Below are positions 11,342 to 23,300 of a stretch of DNA of 64,000 nt, in pieces (within the stretch, counting starts at the first letter, position 1; the number at the start of each line of letters is the position of its first letter). Below the pieces are notes generated by a model that did not search any database, was not told the origin of the DNA, and saw nothing but the letters and a program-made list of their open reading frames with translations. The DNA comes from Haliotis rubra. Taxonomy: Eukaryota. The position numbers were made by a program, and so were the translations under genes. The stretch lies in contig NW_025765115.1 of NCBI RefSeq assembly GCF_003918875.1, forward strand, positions 434,001 to 498,000, in the 5' to 3' direction.

Positions 11342-14300
11342 CTGTAATAATGAGAGCACTGGACATTGAAACTATCATTAAATCATCATGGCAATATTTT
11401 ACATATCAACTGTACGAGTGAAATTAACAAAATAATGATACAGTTAACAATTACTAATACAAATTAAAACAAAAATGCTCTAATTTAATGAATACATTTA
11501 TATTGCATCATCATATATCACATATCTTTTTCTGCCCAGCGAGGGCGTTGGGGAAGCATAGTGGTTAAAACGTTCGCTCGTTACGCCGAAGACCGGGTTC
11601 GATTCCCCGCATGGGTAATGTGTGAAGCCCATTTCTGGTGTCCCCACCACCGTGATATTGGTGAAATATTGCTAAAAAGCGGCGTAAAACTAAACTCACT
11701 CACTGCCCAGCGCACGGAACTTGTTGAGTAACCCCTCGCTGAATGGTTATTTGACGGCGCTTGCTTTATGTAGTGTGCGACATGCCAACAGTTTAGTTTA
11801 TACACATGCAGTAATGGCCAGAAGTGGCAGCATTGATTATTGCATTGAAGAGCGACTAACGGTTGAAGCGTCGCCCATCTCATTGAATGTCCGTGTTCGA
11901 TTCCCAACATGTACAAATTCCTGTGTACCCATAATATTTGATTAAAGGCATATATTAAATGAAGTAGTTTTGGCGTTGATCTTTGCAGTTGGGATACGAT
12001 GACATGTGTCAACCAAGTCAGTGAGTCTGACCACCCGATCCCGTTAGTCACATCTAACGAATAGCATGGGTTGCTGAAGCCCAATTCTAACCCGGATCTT
12101 CACGGGTCTTAAATGATGAGGATAGTGGCGACTTACCCAAAGTAGACCATGGTTAAAGTTGAACTCCCCTTGAATCTGATCTTTCTGAGCAAAGATACCA
12201 CAACAAAGAAGACCCCAGATAGAACAAAACAGGTGTACAGAGCTGGCCCCGACTGGGTCATCAATCTTCAGCTTGAACAACATAAGGTCACTCAAGGCAG
12301 CGATAATAGCTCCAACGGACCCTATTATTACGGCTGCCCACGTTGTTGTCACTGCGCAGATTGCTTCAAAAGAACATAATATTTTTTCGTGAGGCAGAAC
12401 AGAAAAGTATATTACCTTAATGAGAAACTGGTTTATTTTAGGTGAACATAAGAATCAATGTATAAATAATACCTTTTTGCTTCATGCACTATAATGTAAC
12501 GGTACTATCGGGGCGGATAATTGAAAAGTTATCCTTCGTTGCCAGACTATGAAGAAAATTGCCAGGTAAAGCAAAGTTTTTATTACATTGAGTAATGGAC
12601 GCCGTTGAGTGGTCTGCCCCTGCAGGAGAACAATGCTATTTTTATGTAAAATAAGTGGATGACATTGTCTGTTAAGATATTGTCTCAAACGAAAGCTTGG
12701 TGACCAAACTTAATGTGAATTTATAGTCCTTTTCTGTAAAAACTACAAGAAACGGAAATCATTTCTTGAACACCAATTATGTTGCATATATGTCGCCGGT
12801 GCAGTGGTGAAATTCATAATGTGGCATGCATGGACGGCCAATCGAATATATAAACAACGTATTGATAACAATTCAAACGGAGGCTCTACTAATTCCTAAT
12901 ATATTCCAAGGATAATTTCAAATTATAACAAATTATCGCTGTGATGTTTCTGTCATACTTCTGGATGAACATGCTACTTTAGGCTACTTAGAAGCAGTAG
13001 AAATACACATCAAACACCAAACACCAAACACCCAGGATAATTAAACCAAATTGCGGTAAAAGAATTAATTAATACATACCGCTGACAGATACCAGAGAAC
13101 CAAGAATTCCATTAACAATGAGGGGAATGATGTATTTTCTCTTGTGAAATATATAGCTGAAATATACAACAGAAACAAAAAAACATTAACTGATTGGAAA
13201 GGTAGTTTCTACAATATCATACAAATAGAAAATTCAGAGTAATTTCTTATATCTTATACTTACCTGCTTCACAACTAATGCATTTTCCTTCTAGTTCACT
13301 AGAAGTTTACTTTATGTTCTACTGAATATCAAGTGTTATCACTTGTAGTATCTGTCTGTGTGTGCACATCATCATTTCTTTGAAATGTAACTAGCCAGAA
13401 GTTGCCCTAGTAAGCGGGGAGGCACGGTAGGGCCATATTTACTTGTGAAGCAGGTGAGTATAAAAGATAAGAAATTACTCTGAATTTTTTATTCTTTTAA
13501 CTTACTCTGCTTCACAACTAATGTATGTTAATGCCGCAGCTCGGAGGTGGGAACTGATGATATAATGCACAGTACAAAACTCACACGACCTCTGAATAAA
13601 ATGAAGCATGTCAAATTACAGATACACCACGCTACCAGCTACAGAACAGCGCCACAGCAGGCAACCTTAGACGCTGGGCTGTCAGCGCAACGTGAATCAC
13701 AGACTGCGTGAACAAACACAGAGAGTAGGGATGGTATAGGCTCAAGTTTAGGCATACCGATCCCCAGAGTAAGGTGAACGACAAACACTGATACTAGGAA
13801 GCGTCAAGACTGGCGAGACTTTGCAATCCGACCAGTGTGCTGAGAAAAAGCTAGGGGACCTAGGGAGGACAGAAAATCCAGATCCTGAGCCGCAATATCC
13901 CGAAGGTAGTGGTTGGCAAAGGTGGTGTCTCTAGTCCAGAAACAGCCTCGCATGATGTCCAACACAGAGACATTAGCATGCAAGGCCATGGTCGCCGCAA
14001 CAGCCCGAACCTCATGAGGGTTGGAGCGAAATGGCGGCGGAAGTCCAGCTTTCTTATGAGCCCTCAAAATACAGGATCGGATTCAATACCTGTGGCATAA
14101 ATGGCGTGAATCTCAGATGATCGAGCCACCGCTGCTAAGGCCACCAGGGACAACGAGTTCATCGGAAGATGAAGGAGAGTAGCATCTTCCAGTAGTTCGA
14201 ATGGTTCACCTGCCAAGTAGGTGAGAACCACTGATAACTGCCAAGATAGGGGCCGAAAGCCCCATCTTCCTGACGGGACTTGTTGAGGATAGCTGAAGCT

Positions 14301-17300
14301 CAGGGGCCCTTGTAAGAGAGGCGCCAGCTTTAGACATCACAGAACCGACAGCAGGGAGATAAGTGATGATCGTTGTGGCTTTGAAATTCGCTTCTTCCGG
14401 AGGAAAAGGAGGCAGTCTGCAACCTGAGCAACCGAAGACTGACAGTACGTCAAAAATGAAACACACTGCTTGTCATAGAGCGCTCTAGTGGAGATCAGAT
14501 ACGCCATGGAAATAACTGAAGCCGCACCTTGGGAGAAGTCTCCTCGTGTGCTGGCTCCACAGAAGATCCACCCGATCCGGCAGAGGTAGAGGTGAACCGC
14601 TTGTCAGTTCTGTTAGTGCCACAAACCATTGGCGTGGAGGCCAGAGTGGCGCTATCAGACGCAGACGAAGGAGATTGGTGGACTGAACCTTCTCCATTGC
14701 TTTTAGCATGAGGCCTGGGGGAGGAAAGGCGTACGCATCCAACCCTTCCCAGCTGCCTGTAAAAGCGTCCAGATCCCACGCCAGAGGGTCCGGGACTGGA
14801 GAGATGAACGTCTCTAGCTGTATTTTGTGCCTTGTGGTGAACAGATCTATGAAGGGTCGACCCCAGAGATCGGCTATCTGGCGAAAGACGGCTGGATGCA
14901 GCATCCACTCCGTTGGTGGAGGAAGACCTGGTCGAGAGAGGTCGTCTGCCAGAAATTTGGTTACACCTGGAATGTGACGTGCTTTCAGTTGAATTCTGAA
15001 CTCGTCCTCGATAGTGAATAGATGGAATGTCAGGGTAAATAGAGATTGATCCCTGTTGATGAATGCTGCGACTGTCGAATTCGACCATCACTTGCTTGTC
15101 TGACAAATGAAGTTTCCAACGATCGAATGCTAGGATCACTGCCAGAAACTCAAGGTTGTTGATGTGAAGATCTTGTTGTTATTCCGACCACAACCCGGCT
15201 GATGTCTCCCCATCCAAATGAGCGCCCCACCCTTGGAAGGACGCGTCCACGGAAAAATGCTGAGTAGCCTGGAATGGTAACAGGGAGACGCTTCTTAGGA
15301 CATTTGATTGTTGGAGCCACTTTTCTAAGTACTGGTGGAGACTGCGGGGACAAGGGATCTGGATAAAAACGCCCCACGGAGTCAGAAACCTCTGAAGAGG
15401 TTTGTGCATCAGGCGTCCTCGGGATGTCAGATCCTGAGTGGAAGTGAGAAGACCTAATAGGCCTCAACCTGAGGGAGGTGCGAAGCTCCTGCTGGATCAG
15501 GGGTTGGTAGCTGTGAAGACCTCACTTGGGGAACTACCAGACGACAGAGGTCCGTCCAGAAGTGACAATCCTATGAAGACCCGTGACTGACACGGGGTGA
15601 GGTCCGACTTGTTCAAGTTGACGAGCCGTCCCAGTCGATGAAAAGGACTAATGACGAAGTCTCCCTGTTTGACAAGCAGCCGTGAACAAAGTTGCATCAT
15701 GTATCCGTCATTTAGGTACATCGACCTCGTGCAGATAGCGTCACCCTGGAAAATAGATGCGGGGCCATACAGATTCCAAACGGCATCACCTTCCACTGAT
15801 AGTGGCGTCCTTGAAAAATTAATCTCAAGAACTTGCGATATAGTGGGAAGATCGGAATGTTCAGGTATGCATCCTGAAGATCTAAGGAGATCATGAAGTC
15901 GCCTTTCTGCGCCAAAATTCTCTGCTGAGGCAGCGTGAGAAACCAGAAGTATGGCGGATCGTCCACATACTTTTTGCTGAAGACCTTTAAGTTTGGGATG
16001 ACCCTCAGCTTGCTTGAATTCCTCTTGGGAATGAAGGAGATTGGACTGTAAAACCCAGGAGTGATGTCGTCGGGACTTATGACTTGGATGGTGTCCTTGT
16101 CCAGAAGCAACTGAAGTTGTGACACAGCCTGAAGCTGCTTGTCTGGTGCTAGGGGTCCCTCTATTGGGCGAGTGGTCAACGGTGGAGACGCCTTGAGCGG
16201 AAGCTGGTACCCTCAATCTAAAATGGAGAAGATGAAGAGGTCATCTAAAATCTGACGTCATTTGGGTAGGAATGTCGACAGACGACCGCCCAAAGGTTAA
16301 GAAACGAATGCGTTGGGGTCTATGGCTGGGGTGGGAAGTGATGGAGACACCCATGCCACGTCACTGTTTCCTGTGTCCACGCCCCCTGCCACGGGTCTTG
16401 GACAGGATCTTGGGAGAATTTGTCAGGCTTCTTCCCCATTGGCTTGCCAGATATGATCCTGGAGGGATGAAAACTAGGCCTCTTATGAGTCGCTGACACC
16501 ACGCCCTTTCGAGAAAGATTTTCAACTGCCTTGGTCATGAGCTTGATCCGCTGCACCTGTTCGTACTTGGACCTGACATCTGCAATTCCCCCGGTGGAAA
16601 TCTGAAGCTGGGGATGCGCGGAAAAGTTCTGTCTTCAGATGATCAGGAAGCTCTGCATCCTCCAGAAAACCAGATCTACCAGATGATCCGAAAAAGCGCC
16701 GAGACAGACGGACGACCACCGGGAAGAGGCATACACTCATCATGTACGGGCCAAGAGAATCGATGCGGTTAAGTTCTCCTGTGCTGCTGACATCTGAGCA
16801 CAATGCTCGCTAATTCTCAATAATTGTAAGTAATAAGGGGCTTGTTCAGGTAAGTCCGATTCCACCAGAACTGAAGCAAGGGCATTGCAGGTGTGCATTA
16901 TCATGTCGGAGAGACCCACCATGGCTCGGATTTCCGCGTCCCACTTAACCAGCAGGGAGTCTGGAATCTTGTGCTCGAACCCGCCACATTCACTAGGTCT
17001 TTGATGTCGGAGTCCGGATTGGGGGGCACGACCTGTAAGGGAGGGTCGGCAATGGGAATTCTCCTCCTGGCCTGAGCTGTCATTGAAGGAGCGAAACCAG
17101 AATGAGGAAAAGTCACAACCTTCTTCTCCACAGTCGCTGTAAAGTCCACTGACCTCCTAGATCCTATGAGGGGGTAGCGCAAGTCTACCACCCATGGAAA
17201 ATTCTCTAATCCGGGGATCAGCATTATAGGTTTGTTGCAAGGTCTTCTCCAAAGCTCTAAGTGTGACTGGCTCCAGTAAATCAGCAATGATCTGAATCTC

Positions 17301-20300
17301 CTCTGAAGATGAAACAAGGGGAGAAGAATCCAGATCCTCATTACCAGAAGCATGATCCGGAGAGGCGCCACGCCACGCCGAGACAGACGGACGACCACCG
17401 GAAAGAGGCATACAATCATGGCTCCAAGGAGATGATGGGAGACGAGGAAGAGCCAGCAGTCGAAGCCTGAAGACAAGGTTTAGGTGGCGCCGACAAGGAA
17501 GACACCCGCGCTTTGGTGGTGTCCAGCTGCCTCTGAAAACCTCGTAAACCGTCTATCCAACCGGGCCTCGACATCTTTAAAAACATCTCTCAAAGTCTGG
17601 AATACCACTGCTGGCGACCTGGGAAGTGGCGATCGGTGACAGATGACGTATGGCGCTGGATGAACGGCGCTACGATGTCTGGCAGCAGAGGTCGTTCTTC
17701 TCACAGATCAGAAGGTTGGTGCAGGTCTGGCGCCAGGCATCGTATTGCCGTTCATCCACCGCCAGTCCTACGCCACCCTTCTGATATGTGCGGAGAACGA
17801 ACTCTACTCCTTGACCAGAGTAGTCCCGTCCTGACGACCTGCTCTCCACAAAAGGTGATTCTGAACGACGGTCAGCAAATGACTGGCTTGACTGGCGCCG
17901 ATCCAAAGTCTGGCGCTTGTCGGACTCCTGGCGCTGATCTGAAGTACTATTTGCAGATGGTCAGTAAAATTCCGTAGATCGTGGAATAATACTGTTCTCA
18001 ACTTCTTTATTTGTTTACATATACCAGTTTATGATCTGAATGATATTATTACTGAAGAGTTTAACTTGTCTAACATTTGTCTGTTATCCTTAGACCATTC
18101 TGATTGGTTGTATGGGCTCTGGAACGATACGGGTCAGGTAAATGGTAATAAGTTACGTACATACAGACTGTTTAAAGATTCTTTATCAGTAGAACCCTAT
18201 GTCAGTTTATTGATAAGCAGAGGTCAGCGCAGTATATTAAGTAAGTTTCGTTGCGGCTCACTGCCATTAGCAATAGAACTAGGGAGATTTACCCGCTCCA
18301 AAACCCCGCATATTGAACGAATTTGTAAATTTTGTAAATGCAATGTCGTTGAGGATGAAATACACTTTTTGCTGAATGTTCTCTCTATACAGATATACGC
18401 TATGATTTATGGAACTTAGCTTCCCAATCAACTCCGAACTTCATACAGATCACCGCTGCCGACCAGACTGTGTTCTTTATGCGGAATGATAAGTTTGTTA
18501 GACCCCTAGCCGCGCTACTATATCACATGTATCAGCGAAGACAACTGTGTCTTTCGTCTCTACCAACCTAATTAACATTAAATTTCTGCTCAGTATCAGG
18601 ATGTTCTCCCCCAAACTATAGATCTTGCACTTGATAACTTTCATATTATGTATATGTATGATCTGTGATATTTCTCTTTTTTATTTATATGTATGTGGCG
18701 TCCTGCGTATCCCATAGGCTATATTGGCCGGGCACTGTATATTATATTTATGTATTTTCATTGTCATTGTTTAACAGTGTGTGACACGGAAATAAAATAA
18801 TTTTCTTCTTCTTCATTTCTTCTCTATGGGTTGGCGCTGATCCGACGACTGGCGCCGATCCCAAGCCTGGTGCTGGTCTGACGACTGGCGCCGATCCCAA
18901 GCCTGGCGCTGGTCTGACGACTGGCGCCGATCCCAAGCCTGGCGTTGATCTGAAGGCTGGCGCCGATCCCAAGCCTGGCGCTGGTCTGACGACTGGCGCT
19001 GATCTGAAGGCGTGCGTCTAGACTGTTGTTGCTGGCGTTTCTTGACCACCCTGAGGTAAGCTGTAAACTCCTGCTCCGTAAGGTGATCGCATTCAGGGCA
19101 CTTATCCTCCTTCGTGGACGTCCTGTCCGAGCAGTCGGGACACCAGCCACGTGGATCCTTTCTACTCTTAGGGAGATGTCAGCTATCACACTTGGTGGTA
19201 AACACCGACAGTGTCTCCGACTCTGAAGGCTCAAGCAATAGGTCCGCCATCTTGACTAAGCGCCCAGCGCTGGTCTGACGACTGGTAGAACAAACCGATC
19301 AAATAAACGCCATGACAGAAAACACGAAATCAATACCAAACTACTTGCATACATGTTGTGTAACAATCAAAGAATGAAACACAACCTCAATGACAAAATA
19401 GGCCTTGAAAGGGTAAACACTGAAATAATATCAGAGACAATCGTAAATACAACCTCTCAGAGAAAAGCTTTGAAGGAATGATGAGTTTCCGGTCATGCAC
19501 AGTGCACACAAATAACACTTGTAATTCACTGGAACATAAGGTAGGCTTGTAGTGAACTAGAAGGAAAATGCATTAGTTGTAAAGCAGAGTAAAATAAAAG
19601 AATATTTATAGTTTTGACATAAACTGTTGCTACAAAATAATTAATATGTTGAATGTTTAAAATGTAATAAAATTGTCATGTTACCTGATGATAAACGCCG
19701 TTATTCCACCGCCACATGACGCTAGAATTGTTGTCGCTGCGGCTCTTTAAATATAAAAAAACAACAACAAAATCATATTTCAATAACATGAGTCACTCTG
19801 AGTGAGCGAACGCAATTTTTCACTGCATTCTGAAGTATCACGACCCGTGAAGATGCGGGTTCGAATTGATCTTCAGTTACCCATGTTTGTTGTAAGAGGC
19901 GACTAACGGGATCGGGGTGGTCAGGCTAGCTGACTTGGTTGACACATGTCATCGTATCACAATTGCGTAGACTGATGCTCATGCTGTTGATCACTGGATT
20001 GTCTGGTCCAGACTCGATTATTTACAGACCGCAGCCATGTAACTGTAATATTGCTGAGTGCGGCATAAAACTAAACTAACTCACTCACTCACTCACTCAC
20101 TGTAGTATCACAGCTGCAGCGTATATAGGTGGCCACTGACATCCGTCAGCAACGATCCAATCCATCGGGTCTATAACACTCAGTCGTTACGACTACACAT
20201 TCCCAATACCCGACAACAATCAGTGAGTGAGATAAGTTTTAGCAATATTCCAGCAATATCATGGCGGGTGACACCAGAAATAGGCTTCACACATTGTATC

Positions 20301-23300
20301 CATGTGGGAAATCGAACCCGGGGTCTTCGTCGTGACGAACGAACGCTTTAACCACTAGGCTACCCCACCGCCCCGACAACAATCAATAAATCAACAGTAT
20401 TACTGCTTCATTTATAATTCTACACTACGAAAAAAAGAATGGCAGTGGAAAACCGGTAAAACTAATTCAGCTGCATTTCAAGATAAGAATAGAAGCTTTC
20501 TACTATTAAATTGTTTGAGGAATTAAATTAATTTTATTTTTTTCGTACAGTCGACCGATAGAAGTAATACTTTGCTTTTATATAATAATAAAGGATGCGA
20601 CAGACATCTAGTAATTCTTAATCAAATTTGAGGCTTGTAATGGTATTATTGTTAGAATTTTCAAAGACTTGTTTCAAATGTAACACATGTATAATAATGA
20701 CATGTATTCTAATCGGTATTTCCCTTGGGGTAGCTCTCCAAAATGCAACATCCTTGAAAATATATGACCATGTTCAAAAGTTCTTTTGAAAGCATAATTT
20801 CAGTCAGTCGCAAAGGCTAAGCCTATGGCAGTTCAATGGACAGTTGTATACTTAATTCAAGATGCCAGATCAGGTTCGGGAACTCGGTTGATGCACATCA
20901 GTATATTATCCTATTGTGTGGACCATGGTAATAATGCCAATCATGTGATTGAATGGATCATATACTGACAGCCGTCGTGTAGCTTAAATATTACATAGTG
21001 CGACGTCAAACAACAAACAAACAAACAAACAAACAACTAGGACGCCGGATCGATGGGCTGCTGTAAAGTATATAATGAACTTCAATGAACTAACCATGAC
21101 CTAAACTCACGAAGTAGTGAGTGAGTGAGTTTGGTTTTACGCCGCACTCAGCAATGTTCCAGCTATATGGCGGCCGTCTGTAAATAATCGAGTCTTGGCC
21201 AGACAATCCAGTGATCAACAGCATGAACATCGATCTGCGCAATTGGGAACCGATGACATGTGTCAACCAAGTCAGCGAGCCCGACCACCCGATCCCGTTA
21301 GTCGCCTTTTACGACAAGCATGGGTTACAGAAGGATCATTCTAACCCGGACCTTCACGGGTCCTCACCAAGTAGAAATTCAGAAATGTTATTGTTACGAT
21401 GTATTATTACGTACTATTACGAAACGCATCATGTAAAATATACATCACGGATGTTGCAGTGAATCATGATTCAGAGTACCTGGTAGCAAGTTTCCATTTG
21501 CCTCCGCTTATTCCAAATGTGCTTCCACAATTGAAACCCAGCCAGCCCCACCTGAAAATTAAAGTCCGGTTGAAAATATTTCCCAACGATTCTGACAAAC
21601 ATTCATTATCACAGTCATACTGATTCCATAAAATGATTAAATCAAAAATACTTTAACAGTTTAAACTTTTAACAAAACTAATGTTAATCATATTTATTTA
21701 AAATCTACCATTCCACTGGGGCACATGTGATGAAGAAACACCCACCAGAGCATGAAAAGTCCCAAGAGAGTATTTACAGGGTTGGAAGAAGGTATGTGCT
21801 GGTAGATCCTACTGTCCTTCTTGAAACGTCCTTTTCTGGGTTTCAGCATAATTGCTGCAATGAGTGCAGTCACTCCCCCAACAAGGTGGACCGGCCCCAC
21901 TCCAGCCACATCAACAACGTAAAGCTTCTTCAGCCAGCCCTCGTCCGCCCACACCCAGTGAGCGGGGAACGAGTAAACGAAAGTGTTTAAGAGAGAGAAG
22001 ACGATGTATGCCATCAGTTTGGTCCGTTCAGCCATTGCACCTGAATAATGGAGCAAATGGTGATATTATATAACCTGTTGTTATGATCAAAGAATTCTAT
22101 GATCACATTATCATATGCACCTTTTGATTCAAGTGTGAAAGTTTGTAGCGATAACTAACCATGTAATACTTGATGTTGTCAATATCTAAAAAATACCCAA
22201 CTGACTTGTCCAGTGGGTTGAATTCATTCCGACACCCAACTCTTTTAAGAGCACCAGTCCCGTTTAGAAGATATCATCAGTAACCAATCCTTGTCGTGGG
22301 TAACTCGATTAATGTTTGCCACTGTATCCCAGATGCGTAAATCGATGATCATGATGACAATCACAGGATTGCCTGGTACAGACTTGATTATTTATAGGAC
22401 GGGGTCATATAGCGGGGGTTGTGCGGCATTTAACAAAACACAAACCTGATACGATCGTTGTTGCTGTTGTTGCAAAGGAGGCTTGAAACACGAATTTGGA
22501 GTAGATGTTACCAATGTTTTCTCCGTCTGCAATCAAAACGATTGAAAAATTGTCAGATGCATGTTGTAACCAATTCAGTCAATTGGTACTGAACTTTGAA
22601 GCCATGTAGGAATGTACTTCAGGATGGATCTGTGTCACATCATGACAACTGTCAAAGGACACAATCAGTGCTATAAAACACACAAAGTCATCTTGGTGGA
22701 CACATTAAGGAAGAGTGTGTATCGACAGGTAAAGAAATATTTTACAGGTACGTTCATTTCAGCTTTCACAAGACGTCTCAAGAGAGCGCCTATCCGCTAA
22801 CAAAAATATGTCAACTACAATGTTAACACAGTGACTGATTGGGTCGATTATATGTAATTTGCATGTAAAATACCTTGAAGTGTTGAGTTTAGCTCACCTG
22901 GATTAAGAAAGAAGTATCCCACACCAGTGAAACCGTTGGCCCCTGCATCCCCACCAAACGTCAAGCCGTACCCCAGGGACCAGTAGGTGATCCCACCAAA
23001 CACAACATCCACTACGTTCTTCAACATGATGTTAACTTCGTTCTTCCTACTCGCCATTCCGCTCTCCAGCAAGCCAAAACCTACAATATAACTCACATAC
23101 GTCATAATATTATTCAATGAAAAAGCCCACTGCAATACACCGCAACCCACAGCAAGGAAGTTCCAGGTAAGGTTTTGCACCATTTTTATCAATGTTTCCG
23201 GTATGTCAAAGCAAGAGGACACAACGAACTGACTTAGCATTATACCAATATGAGGACGAAGCTGAGTCTTTTGGTTTAGAACAACAACTGTTCCACTGGT

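Larger units (their letters stand above)
13229..19604 (-). mobile_element. DIRS1-like tyrosine-recombinase retrotransposon (degenerate), in intron 6 of Amt gene B
   Basis: Inverted terminal repeats (about 13229-13345 vs 19510-19604, core actaatgcattttccttctagttcact); internal complementary region 13443-13523; Cys-rich gag start near 19249; RT, RNase H, methyltransferase-like and YR motifs on the minus strand with stops and frameshifts. Confidence 0.92.

Noticed and set aside
10691-11378. Plus-strand and alternate-frame ORFs over Amt exon 9
   Set aside because: Antisense or shadow frames of the real exon.
18748-19234. Repetitive ORFs (GSAPVVRPAPGL, DQRQAWDRRQSS)
   Set aside because: Frames of the 36-bp repeat within the decayed DIRS gag, not independent genes.
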